Origin: a virus | Lineage: Duplodnaviria > Caudoviricetes | DNA: 24,737 nucleotides | Strand: one strand, 5' to 3' | Virus record (IMG/VR): IMGVR_UViG_3300020042_010329 | Location: 1 to 24,737 of that record | Shown: in pieces, positions 1 to 8,136 of the stretch | Layout of the letters: the number at the start of each line of letters is the position of its first letter | How positions within the stretch are numbered: the stretch's first letter is position 1 | The notes under the pieces: model-generated | What the model was told of the DNA's origin: nothing | The model's input: only the letters and a program-made list of their open reading frames with translations | The model's database searches: none | Program-made: the position numbers and the translations under genes

Positions 1-1
1 T

Positions 2-361
2 CGCAAACATCGAGGCTCGAGTATCAATCTTTTTATGGCGGAGCTGGTCGATACCAGAGTCTCATCCATCGCAGAGCAGTTCTCGAAAAATACTGGTAAA
101 AGAGGAGCGCCAAAACGCAGCAAATCGAAAGTCGTGGAGGCTATTCTGGAGGCGTTCTCTGCATCTCATAAAGCAGGAAAGTTCGGGAGCAAAGATCTCG
201 GCAAAGTTTACGAGATTGCAAAAAGCATCGTGGCGGATCTGCAGCAGGAGGAGATATATCTCGGATTGACAAAATCAGTTTTCGCCTCTGCTCTTCTCCA
301 GTACTTATGCAAAACTCAAAAAATGAGCGACAAATTATTCCAAAACTTGTATAAAGACTAA
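2..361 (+). CDS. hypothetical protein, probably 5'-truncated by the window edge; possible ribbon-helix-helix-like regulator
   Basis: The frame is open from base 2 (RKHRGSSINLFM...) through the ATG at 35 to the TAA ending at 361. The strand-helix-helix pattern is only suggestive. Confidence 0.5.
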   Translation, partial: RKHRGSSINLFMAELVDTRVSSIAEQFSKNTGKRGAPKRSKSKVVEAILEAFSASHKAGKFGSKDLGKVYEIAKSIVADLQQEEIYLGLTKSVFASALLQYLCKTQKMSDKLFQNLYKD

Positions 362-365
362 TAAA

Positions 366-977
366 ATGAGAGATATAACGAGCAAAATACTGATTTTTGT
401 AGGGATGTTTTTATGCTTCCAATCTGGGAGGATCATTTTCGGGAAAGAAGAGGATAAAACGCCAATCCTTACGCCTGAGTCGGAGCTAGTAACTGTACAG
501 CCTAAACAAATGTCGTTCGTGCCGCAGATAGGGCAAAGATTAACGAATACGGAGCAGTATATCAATAGATATAAATCTGTCGCCATCTCGGAGATGGAAA
601 AATACGGAATACCTGCATCGATTACCATCGCTCAGGGGATACTGGAGTCGGCATCTGGGAATAGCGAATTATCTCGCAGATACAATAACCATTTCGGGAT
701 AAAATGCAGATCCAGCTCTCAAAAATGCGTTAACTATGCAGATGATAAACCGACCGACCAGTTCAGAGTATTTAAATCGGCGTGGTATAGTTACAGAGAG
801 CATTCGATCCTCCTCTCCTCCTCTTCCAGATACAGCTCATTATTTAAGTTAAAAAGGACTGATTATAAGCGCTGGGCGAGAGGACTCCAGAGAGCAGGAT
901 ACGCAACATCAAAAAAATATGCCAGCTCTCTGATTAAAATTATCGAGAGATATAATCTCCAAAAATTTGACAAATAA
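366..977 (+). CDS. GH73 glucosaminidase (FlgJ-like peptidoglycan hydrolase) with N-terminal signal/anchor; endolysin-like
   Basis: Motifs YGIPASITIAQGILES, NNHFGIKC, FRVF and GLQRAGYAT..YA..LI.IIE.YNL..FD; hydrophobic N-terminus ILIFVGMFLCF. Confidence 0.9.
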   Translation: MRDITSKILIFVGMFLCFQSGRIIFGKEEDKTPILTPESELVTVQPKQMSFVPQIGQRLTNTEQYINRYKSVAISEMEKYGIPASITIAQGILESASGNSELSRRYNNHFGIKCRSSSQKCVNYADDKPTDQFRVFKSAWYSYREHSILLSSSSRYSSLFKLKRTDYKRWARGLQRAGYATSKKYASSLIKIIERYNLQKFDK

Positions 978-996
978 AAAAATAAATGTATTTTTG
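966..996 (+). promoter_or_regulatory. Bacteroidota sigma-A type promoter
   Basis: TTTG at 966-969, a 19-nt spacer, then TATTTTTG at 989-996, matching the TTTG/TAnnTTTG consensus. Confidence 0.7.
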
Positions 997-1001
997 TGTC
1001 G

Positions 1002-1109
1002 TTCCTTTTATCCCAGAGTCGTGACTGAGCTAAAAGGAATATTAAAACACCTTGCAACAAAACCGCATCTTTTTGGAGTCACGACCTCCAATCTGTATGC
1101 GGTTTTTTT
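1002..1109 (+). promoter_or_regulatory. structured leader RNA: two hairpins with complementary loops, the second terminator-like
   Basis: Stem 1 pairs 1002-1010 with 1031-1039. Stem 2 pairs 1059-1068 with 1097-1106 and 1073-1078 with 1086-1091. Loop GTCGTGA (1018-1024) is the exact reverse complement of loop TCACGAC (1079-1085). T7 tract at 1103-1109. Confidence 0.7.
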
Positions 1110-1114
1110 ATTAT

Positions 1115-1864
1115 ATGAATCCTCTCAGAATGTTAACCAGCAGCAAATTTTTCGCAATCAATAAAATGATTTTACACGAGTTCGGACTGGAGGCTGCAGT
1201 CCTATTATCTGAGCTGGCGATGCTGCAGGATAATTTCGATAATTGGTTTTATCGGACTCAGGAATCGCTGCAGGAGGAGACTGCTCTCTCGCCAAAAGTA
1301 CAGAAAAAAGCGGTCGAGATCCTGAAAAGTAAAGGTATTTTATTAACTAAAAAATTCGGGATGCCTGCAAAATTGCACTATAAAATCGATGCCGAGATCC
1401 TCTCTCAGTATCTCCCATCGGGAGAAACAAGTATCGCCGAAACTGCTAAACAAGTATCGCCAAAAGTGACAAACAAGAATAGCCGAAAAGGAGATTCGTT
1501 AATAAAGAATATAAATAATAAAGAATTTATAAAAGATATTATTTATAAATGTAATTTGAGTATTCAGATGGAGGAAAAAGTCGAGGCATATATCCAATAT
1601 CGCAAAGAGATTAAAAAGCCGTTTAAGTCAGAAACCAGTATCGAGACAAAAATCAGAGATCTCGCCTCGCAGGTCGAAAAATATGGAGAGCTGGCAGTAA
1701 TCGAGAGTATTGATACAGCAATCGCTAACGGATGGCAAGGAACGTTTTTAGATAAGAAATATTTAACCACAAATAAAAAATCGAATTATGAGCAATCTGG
1801 AAGTACTAAAAAACAGCAAGAAACAATCGGTTTTATCGCAAAGGCTACCGACTTTGAACTTTAG
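1115..1864 (+). CDS. phage replication initiator / replisome organizer (N-terminal wHTH)
   Basis: N-terminal motifs G.EAAVLLSEL, WFYRTQESLQEETALS and G.PAK.HYKID; C-terminal YIQYRKEIKKP...IDTAIANGWQG; internal iterons. Start moved from 1052 to the in-frame ATG at 1115, just after the leader terminator. Confidence 0.75.
   Translation: MNPLRMLTSSKFFAINKMILHEFGLEAAVLLSELAMLQDNFDNWFYRTQESLQEETALSPKVQKKAVEILKSKGILLTKKFGMPAKLHYKIDAEILSQYLPSGETSIAETAKQVSPKVTNKNSRKGDSLIKNINNKEFIKDIIYKCNLSIQMEEKVEAYIQYRKEIKKPFKSETSIETKIRDLASQVEKYGELAVIESIDTAIANGWQGTFLDKKYLTTNKKSNYEQSGSTKKQQETIGFIAKATDFEL
1425..1484 (+). repeat. three iteron-like direct repeats (probable replication origin)
   Basis: AAACAAGTATCGCC at 1425 and 1448, AAACAAGAATAGCC at 1471; 23-bp period; AT-rich tract follows at about 1497-1560. 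Confidence 0.7.
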
Positions 1865-2654
1865 CCAGCTGTCAGTAAAAGAGGACAGAGCGAGAGTCGT
1901 CATCGAGGGATATCTCTCTCCCATCCGTGAGATTCCCAGAGAGCAGATCCCGAAAGCTGTCGGAGCGATGATCTCCATCTGCGCAACAATGTATTGCGGA
2001 ATGCAGGCGGAGAGAATGCTGGCGGAGACTATTCAGGAGGCTGTCCGCTTTGTTTACAAAAACTATCCGCAGCTCGGCGTTAATGAGATTCGGGAGGCTT
2101 TCTCCCTCTCAGCCGCTAACGTCTTTCCTGCCGTAAATATGACAGCCTTTTTCGGTACATTTACTATATCGATGCTCGGGGATATTTTGACAGCTTACAA
2201 TCAGTATCGCAATCCAATAATCGCCAAAGCATACGACCAGATCATAAAGCTGGAGCAGGAAAATAAACAAGAGACAGAGAGAGAAGAGAAAAACCGCATC
2301 GCTATATCTCAGATCCAGCAGGATATCGAAAAAGCAATCATCGCAGTACAATCTGGAGAGGCGGATCTCTGGGAGAGCTGGCACGATGTACCAGTACACT
2401 ACGCAGAGATAGCAGTTCGGGAGCAATGGATAGAAGTATCGCCAGAGTTTAAAAAATCGATCTGGGAGGAGTCAAAAAAGTTAGCGCTCCGAGAGCTGTC
2501 AGAGATGGCTGCCGATCTCTCAAATTTTTCGCAGGCAAAGCAATCGAGATTAAAATTAACAGAGGCTATCGAGCGACAGACCGTTCCAGATGCAGCTCTC
2601 AGAATTTACTCGAAACTCCTTATTTTCAAATACGTAAAAATGCACGAATTATGA
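1788..2654 (+). CDS. hypothetical replication-associated protein (possible helicase loader partner)
   Basis: 288-aa helical ORF overlapping the 3' end of the initiator and preceded by TAACCACAA. Function inferred from position only. Confidence 0.55.
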   Translation: MSNLEVLKNSKKQSVLSQRLPTLNFSQLSVKEDRARVVIEGYLSPIREIPREQIPKAVGAMISICATMYCGMQAERMLAETIQEAVRFVYKNYPQLGVNEIREAFSLSAANVFPAVNMTAFFGTFTISMLGDILTAYNQYRNPIIAKAYDQIIKLEQENKQETEREEKNRIAISQIQQDIEKAIIAVQSGEADLWESWHDVPVHYAEIAVREQWIEVSPEFKKSIWEESKKLALRELSEMAADLSNFSQAKQSRLKLTEAIERQTVPDAALRIYSKLLIFKYVKMHEL

Positions 2655-3106
2655 GCTGGATAATATTTTGCATCTGGGCGCTTACGGCAGATCCAGAGAG
2701 ATCTCAGGAGGAGTATATCCGCAGCAATCTCCTCGCCGCCAAAATAGGACAATTATTTTACGGCGTTCCTCCATCCATCCAATTTTCGCAGGCAATAACA
2801 GAGAGCGGAGGAGGAAAAAGCTATATCGCTCGTAACTCAAATAATCATTTCGGAATTAAATACTATCCTGCAGCATTCGCAGGCGATTATTTTACGGATC
2901 GAGTAGGATGCAGATGGAGATCCTATCGCAATGCTTTTATCGGATATCTGGATCACGCTCGTTTTATCTGGCAGCATTATCGCAGCCTCTGCTGGAAAGA
3001 TTATCGCCAATTCGCAGCAGCAGGAGGATACGGATCTGGAGGATACTGGCATAAAATAGTACGATTCGCAGCAGCAAAAAAATTATACCGATATGATAGA
3101 TTATAA
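2651..3106 (+). CDS. second GH73 glucosaminidase-like protein with hydrophobic N-terminus
   Basis: Motifs YGVPPSIQFSQAITESG, NNHFGIK and WRSY; ATGA overlap with the upstream gene. Confidence 0.8.
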   Translation: MSWIIFCIWALTADPERSQEEYIRSNLLAAKIGQLFYGVPPSIQFSQAITESGGGKSYIARNSNNHFGIKYYPAAFAGDYFTDRVGCRWRSYRNAFIGYLDHARFIWQHYRSLCWKDYRQFAAAGGYGSGGYWHKIVRFAAAKKLYRYDRL

Positions 3107-3584
3107 TAAATATTTGAAAGAGGGAAAGGCGACCGAGTTAAACTTTGCCGCCTCTCTTTCCAATCATCTCGGGATCGCTCTGGATCGCATAAAATTTGCC
3201 TCCAGTACAGAGGATCGGCTCGAGCATTGGGATATATCGTATCTCGGGATAAAAGTCGATGTAAAAGGACAGAGAAAACTGTATCGACAAGACTCAGCAC
3301 CGACTCCCGATTTTCATTGGATAGAATTCCGTAACGTCAACGGAGAGACTGGATCTCTCTACGGAGCTGCAGATCTATTCGCTTTTGAGCTGGATCTCTC
3401 GTATCTTTGCATCCAGCGACAGATCCTCCAAAAATTCATCGAGGACAGATGCAAAGAAAAAAAACAGATGCAAAATAGAGAGCCGTACACAATCTATCGG
3501 AGAGATGGCAGAAAAGACATATTAACGCTGGCGAGATCTCTGGATCTGGCGCAGATTTCTGATTTTATAGTAAAAAAAATATGA
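3093..3584 (+). CDS. PD-(D/E)xK superfamily endonuclease
   Basis: G...E..F helix and D...HWD....KVDVK active-site pattern, followed by WIEF.NV.G..G.LYG.AD. Confidence 0.65.
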   Translation: MIDYNKYLKEGKATELNFAASLSNHLGIALDRIKFASSTEDRLEHWDISYLGIKVDVKGQRKLYRQDSAPTPDFHWIEFRNVNGETGSLYGAADLFAFELDLSYLCIQRQILQKFIEDRCKEKKQMQNREPYTIYRRDGRKDILTLARSLDLAQISDFIVKKI

Positions 3585-4153
3585 AACAATACATCGGAGT
3601 CGATCCTGCTTATCGCAAAGATGGATTTTACGTCTGCATCATTCTCGAGGATGCCGTAACATTCAAAAAAATAATTGATATTATCGATTACGTAAAGTTT
3701 ATCGACTCAGTTCTGGACTCTGGCATCGAGGCAGTAATAGCCATCGAAAACAGCAACGAGACAAATCACACGTTTATCGCTCCCAGTATCAGAAAACCAG
3801 CCGCCAGAGAGAAGATCTCCAGAGACGTAGGGAAAAACCAAGCCATCTCGCAGATGGCATTCGATTACGCTCTGTATAAGTTAAAAAATAATGTTTACTC
3901 TCTCTCTCCTGCAGATAAAGGCATAAAATTATCACATAAGTACATTGAGGCGATGTTCCTGCAGTATAACCAGATCGTTACGAACTACAAAGGTAACGAG
4001 GGAGAGCAGGATAAGCGAGATGCGTATAAACTCGCTATGCAGGCAAAAAACCGAGCTAAATGCAGCAGCACGACAGTCGTATCTGGAGGCATAACTGCAG
4101 AGCAATATCGAGAGCTAATAAACAGCAGAAACAACAAGAGCAAAAAAAAATAA
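3581..4153 (+). CDS. RuvC-like (RNase H fold) Holliday junction resolvase-like nuclease
   Basis: N-terminal YIGVDP, central IAIE and late QD.RDA acidic catalytic pattern. Confidence 0.6.
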   Translation: MKQYIGVDPAYRKDGFYVCIILEDAVTFKKIIDIIDYVKFIDSVLDSGIEAVIAIENSNETNHTFIAPSIRKPAAREKISRDVGKNQAISQMAFDYALYKLKNNVYSLSPADKGIKLSHKYIEAMFLQYNQIVTNYKGNEGEQDKRDAYKLAMQAKNRAKCSSTTVVSGGITAEQYRELINSRNNKSKKK

Positions 4154-4163
4154 TCGAGCATTG

Positions 4164-4222
4164 AAAAATAAATCGATAAAAGTTTTTTATTTCTATTTAT
4201 TGTTATAATTTTGTGTAACAAT
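4164..4222 (+). promoter_or_regulatory. repeated early promoter/operator, copy 1
   Basis: TAATTTTG at 4206-4213 inside the inverted repeat TTGTTA-N10-TAACAA; homologous to 15609-15667 and 16579-16637. Confidence 0.7.
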
Positions 4223-4252
4223 TTATTCAATAACCACAATAACCACGAAATT

Positions 4253-4789
4253 ATGAATCTCGAAATCTTAATCGGTAAAGCAGCAGCTCAGAAAATTGCT
4301 CAATCTGGGATCAATCCTCTGCAGGCATCAGAGCAGGATATTAAATATATCGCAGGTAAAGCAGCAGCTCAGAAAATTACAGCAGCTAAATCGCTTATTT
4401 TAGCAGAAAATACATCGGAAAAGATCAACTCGATCGATAAAGCATATCAGCTCGTTAAAGATATGTACCAGCTGGATCACGAGCAGTTCGTAGTCTTAGC
4501 ATTAAACAGAGCTAACAAAGTAATCGACAAAATACTGATATCTTCAGGAGGAACTTCTGCGACTGTTGTAGATATGAAGATCCTTTTTAAGCGTTTGCTC
4601 ATCGCTGGAGCTTGCTCTTTTATCGCTGCTCATAATCACCCGAGCGGTAATTTGCAGCCATCTGCAGCAGATATCGAACTAACGAAAAAGATGGTCGAAT
4701 GCGGAAAGATCCTCGAATTAACTCTTCTGGATCACATTATAGTCGCAGGCTTAAATTACTACAGCTTTGCAGAACACGGATATATTTAA
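4253..4789 (+). CDS. radC: RadC family JAB/MPN domain protein
   Basis: Motifs E.F.VL.LNRAN, GG...TVVD, HNHPSG..PS.AD..LT, LLDHII and YSFAE. Start set to the ATG at 4253, after the TAACCACAA motif. Confidence 0.9.
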   Translation: MNLEILIGKAAAQKIAQSGINPLQASEQDIKYIAGKAAAQKITAAKSLILAENTSEKINSIDKAYQLVKDMYQLDHEQFVVLALNRANKVIDKILISSGGTSATVVDMKILFKRLLIAGACSFIAAHNHPSGNLQPSAADIELTKKMVECGKILELTLLDHIIVAGLNYYSFAEHGYI

Positions 4790-4798
4790 CCAATCATC

Positions 4799-4833
4799 GC
4801 AGGAGGGAGGATCTCTCTCTCCTGCTTTTTTTT
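4799..4833 (+). terminator. intrinsic terminator
   Basis: GCAGGAGGGAG-GATCT-CTCTCTCCTGC followed by T8. Confidence 0.75.
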
Positions 4834-4853
4834 AACCACAATATTATAAAATT

Positions 4854-5147
4854 ATGAACACGAACGGTTTTAAACAAATTTGCGAAGTCTATAGGAGAGC
4901 AGTAATAAACGACCACGTAGACAACGAAACGGCTTTAGTTATGTTTAATATTGCCAATTTTGAGGACAAATATCGAACGAATAATATCTTTGAAAAGCTC
5001 GGCGAATTTCTTGTAAATAATGCCGAGATGCTGGAGAAAAAATTCGAGAAAGATTACAGCTACGGAACTGCTTCAATGATACCAAACGTATCGAAATTTA
5101 TCTGGTCGGAATTCCAAAAGTATAATCGGGATGATACCAACGATTAA
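4854..5147 (+). CDS. hypothetical protein
   Basis: 97-aa ORF preceded by TAACCACAA. Confidence 0.7.
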   Translation: MNTNGFKQICEVYRRAVINDHVDNETALVMFNIANFEDKYRTNNIFEKLGEFLVNNAEMLEKKFEKDYSYGTASMIPNVSKFIWSEFQKYNRDDTND

Positions 5148-5355
5148 AAAGTATCTGTATCGATACACCAATCATCGAGAGATAATCTCAACAGAGCTCG
5201 TATCGGATGGATGGATCAGCGTAACAGTAAAGACAATAAAAGGAGAGGAGGAAATCGTTTTTTTTCGCATCTCTCCTGCAGACAAAAAAACAAAGATAGA
5301 ATACGGAATATCGCAGAACGGATCTATTATTATTTGCAGCTCTAAATTATTTTAA
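5131..5355 (+). CDS. hypothetical protein
   Basis: 74-aa ORF overlapping the upstream gene and filling the operon gap. Confidence 0.55.
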   Translation: MIPTIKKYLYRYTNHREIISTELVSDGWISVTVKTIKGEEEIVFFRISPADKKTKIEYGISQNGSIIICSSKLF

Positions 5356-5373
5356 CCACAAAATCGCATCATT

Positions 5374-5991
5374 ATGTCAGAATTATTAAAAGGATACATC
5401 ACGCCATCGAGCTACTCGAAAATAATGGCAGTAAGAGGACTCGGGAAAGTCGCCCAAGACTACGCAGACGAGATCGTACTGGATCTTATTGGAGTCCAGC
5501 GCTTACGTTTTACAGCTCCAGCGACTAACTGGGGGATTGAAAAGGAGCAGGAGGCGATCGACAGATACTCCCTCCTTACTTTGCAGACAGTACAAAAAGT
5601 TGAGGGAGCGCTATTCCATCCAGAGATCGAGTATATAAAAGGAACGCCAGACGGATTAATCGCAGAAAATAACGGAATGATCGAGATTAAATGTCCGTTT
5701 AACCCGATCAATCACTTATCAAATATAAGGAGCTGCCAGTCCGAGATCTGGGAGCTGCCGAAAGGAGCATATCTCGAAGAGTATTGGTACCAAGTACAAG
5801 GCTATTTATGGATAACTGGACGAGACTGGTGCGACTTTATCTCCTACGACCCGAGATTCGCTCCTGACGACCAGATTGTCATCCAGAGAGTATATCCCAA
5901 CAAAAAAGATATTGATGCGCTCAGAGAACGAACTGCCGAGTTTTGGGCTATAGTTTTGGATCGACTTCCATCAAAATATAAAACAGTTTAA
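5374..5991 (+). CDS. YqaJ / lambda-exonuclease family protein
   Basis: Motifs G.IT.S, WG...E..A, GTPDG, IEIKCP and Y.YQVQG.LWITGR.WCDFISYDPR. Confidence 0.9.
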   Translation: MSELLKGYITPSSYSKIMAVRGLGKVAQDYADEIVLDLIGVQRLRFTAPATNWGIEKEQEAIDRYSLLTLQTVQKVEGALFHPEIEYIKGTPDGLIAENNGMIEIKCPFNPINHLSNIRSCQSEIWELPKGAYLEEYWYQVQGYLWITGRDWCDFISYDPRFAPDDQIVIQRVYPNKKDIDALRERTAEFWAIVLDRLPSKYKTV

Positions 5992-6002
5992 ACATAAAAA
6001 CG

Positions 6003-6395
6003 ATGAAAAGCATTAAAACGACAATTAAAAATGCCTTAGCTAAAAAGCTGTTAAAAATAGGTGACGAATTTATTATAAGAGGAAAAATAACTTCGATTGA
6101 TGACGAAGATAATACAGTTAGGATAATGTTTTCAGAGAATTGTGCGAATTGGGTTAATCAAAATGTAAAAATCGTAATAACTAAACCAAAACCAGTTCCG
6201 ATTGATTTTACCGCTGAGGGCCGTATATTGCAATTTGAGGATATTATTATAAGGACTGCAGGACTACAAAGAGATATTGATAATTTTAGCGGTTATGCTC
6301 TCTGTCATCCTACACACGGCAAAGGATATACAACGAATTGCTGGGATACTCGTTTAAATTGGCAAGATATAACAGAATTATACAGTCAATTATAA
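6003..6395 (+). CDS. hypothetical protein
   Basis: 130-aa ORF, last before the terminator; AT-rich. Confidence 0.65.
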   Translation: MKSIKTTIKNALAKKLLKIGDEFIIRGKITSIDDEDNTVRIMFSENCANWVNQNVKIVITKPKPVPIDFTAEGRILQFEDIIIRTAGLQRDIDNFSGYALCHPTHGKGYTTNCWDTRLNWQDITELYSQL

Positions 6396-6423
6396 AATCC
6401 ATTTTTTAAAGATATTTAATAAT

Positions 6424-6453
6424 AAAGCCTCTCAGATCTGGGAGGCTTTTTTT
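6424..6453. terminator. intrinsic terminator between convergent early and late units, possibly bidirectional
   Basis: AAAGCCTCTCA-GATC-TGGGAGGCTTT followed by a T tract. Confidence 0.75.
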
Positions 6454-6457
6454 ATTG

Positions 6458-6754
6458 TTATTTTTCCAGCATTCCGATAACTTTTTCGGTGAGCTTATTA
6501 CTATTCTGTAAAGCATTTTTACAGTCCGACATCATCTCGAGAATGGCTTTTCGATCCTCTGCGAGATATTGGTTTAATGTCGTCTCGAGCTCTTTTATTC
6601 TTTCCTCGTTCCTTTTATGGAGTCCGAAAAAATGCTTTCCGAGAAAAATGATAACGGCAATCATTAACAGCGCAAATATACCTAATACACCGAAATCCGA
6701 TAACGACATAGCTCTTTCGATTATTTGTGTATCCTGCAATAATAGAGATCTCAT
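6458..6754 (-). CDS. holin-like membrane protein (single TM segment plus coiled coil, BhlA/UviB-like architecture)
   Basis: TM segment FGVLGIFALLMIAVIIFLG followed by a charged amphipathic helix; last gene of the late unit. Confidence 0.55.
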   Translation of the reverse strand: MRSLLLQDTQIIERAMSLSDFGVLGIFALLMIAVIIFLGKHFFGLHKRNEERIKELETTLNQYLAEDRKAILEMMSDCKNALQNSNKLTEKVIGMLEK

Positions 6755-6784
6755 TTTTTCAATTTTTTTGTTTAGTTATAAAAA

Positions 6785-7198
6785 TTATTCAGATGCCAGA
6801 TAATCAGCGATCATCTGTATATATTTTGCTTTGCGTTCTTCCGTGAAAATAGTATCCGTTTGAACTGTAGCCAGCTCTTCGCTGCATAGCGCAAGACTTC
6901 CAAGTTCGCACAATTCCCACGCATCCCGCATTTTCGAAAGTAACTGTTTCGCCTGCGCTTTTGTTGGTGCGTACGGAGCATTATCCAATACAAATGTTTG
7001 TTGTAAAGTTCCTCCGAAAGTTTGGCGGCCTTGTAGTATTTGAGTTGCAGTCTTAGTCCTAATTTGATCCTGTGGCCCCGCTATAGATACAGTAGCTAAA
7101 GCGCCAAAATTATCATAAGCCCAAGTTTTAGCAGCTGCTAAACTTTCAAAGTTGCGAGGCTGTTCCCAATTACCGAGTTTAATTAAGTATGTTGTCAT
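6785..7198 (-). CDS. hypothetical protein, possible fibre assembly chaperone
   Basis: 137-aa ORF directly downstream of a fibre gene; function inferred from position only. Confidence 0.5.
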   Translation of the reverse strand: MTTYLIKLGNWEQPRNFESLAAAKTWAYDNFGALATVSIAGPQDQIRTKTATQILQGRQTFGGTLQQTFVLDNAPYAPTKAQAKQLLSKMRDAWELCELGSLALCSEELATVQTDTIFTEERKAKYIQMIADYLASE

Positions 7199-7203
7199 AT
7201 TTA

Positions 7204-8118
7204 TTATGCTTTAATTCTGCTTTGAACAAAAAATGCTGCTGATGGTGAGCTATAAAAGTTATTTGTTGGTGCCGTTGCTGTTGCAGGTGTTGGCGTTGCA
7301 TAAACGTGCGGAGTGATATATTTTTGCAGCAATGGAGTTACACTTGCACCACCTTCGCGACCTAAGAATGCGAATTGATTACTACTCTTAGGTGTTGTCC
7401 AAAGGTTAAAGGCTGCATTTGATTGGATAGCCCAAAAGTAAATCCCCGCCTCTAATGTTTGTTCTGCAAATGTGATAATTTGAACGCCAGGAACAGTCGC
7501 AGTATTAAAAGTAACCTCAACTATCTTTGCATTAGGCTCACCGTCTAAACCTGCAGAATACAGCGTAAATGACGCCTGACCTGCAGGTGCGTTATTAGTT
7601 GCGAATTTAATCGCATCTATTGTAACAGGTGCCAATACTTCGAAATCTTGATAAATCATCAACGCGGTATTAAATGCCACGTAAGCAATACCGAGTGTAG
7701 TTGTTTCAAAGAAAGTATTATAAGTGCCTTTTGCGTATAGGTTAGTCGTATTAACGCCCGCGGCTAACTCGTCGATGGCCGCCTGAACATCAGTAGCCGC
7801 CAATCCTGAAACTGCATTATCGTAGGTTACGTCGACAGCATCGACTCCAGTTACGTCAAAAAAAAAATTATCGTTAAGGAAAACGACAAGATCCTCAACA
7901 GTCGTACCCCACGAAACGATTCCAGTTCCCTCGATTATAGTAGTTAAGCCATCAATAAAAATCGAGGCGCTTTGCCCTTGCGTTTGCTGAACAATAAGTT
8001 CGTCCGTATTTTCAATTTTTAATGTCGCATATTTCGATAGCGTTTGCGGAGTTAATGTAACGCCAGTCGTAGTATATAAAATTATCCCGCCGTTTGTCTT
8101 TTTGATTATTGTCTGCAT
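7204..8118 (-). CDS. virion fibre / receptor-binding protein 2
   Basis: Shares an ~85-aa N-terminal domain with 8137-9588; fibre-type motif YDNAVSGLAATDVQAAIDEL; beta-rich C-terminus. Confidence 0.6.
   Translation of the reverse strand: MQTIIKKTNGGIILYTTTGVTLTPQTLSKYATLKIENTDELIVQQTQGQSASIFIDGLTTIIEGTGIVSWGTTVEDLVVFLNDNFFFDVTGVDAVDVTYDNAVSGLAATDVQAAIDELAAGVNTTNLYAKGTYNTFFETTTLGIAYVAFNTALMIYQDFEVLAPVTIDAIKFATNNAPAGQASFTLYSAGLDGEPNAKIVEVTFNTATVPGVQIITFAEQTLEAGIYFWAIQSNAAFNLWTTPKSSNQFAFLGREGGASVTPLLQKYITPHVYATPTPATATAPTNNFYSSPSAAFFVQSRIKA
7845..7886. repeat. 42-bp perfect direct repeat with A10/T10 tract, copy 1 (copy 2 at 9327-9368)
   Basis: CTCCAGTTACGTCAAAAAAAAAATTATCGTTAAGGAAAACGA is identical at both loci. 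Confidence 0.9.
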
Positions 8119-8136
8119 AGTTTTAATAATTTATTT

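Noticed and set aside
1052-1114. Longer N-terminus of the initiator from the ORF track
   Set aside because: Runs through the structured leader and terminator; the ATG at 1115 is more plausible.
5374-5991. YqaJ exonuclease without an adjacent annealase
   Set aside because: The partner may lie outside this partial genome window, so its absence is uninformative.
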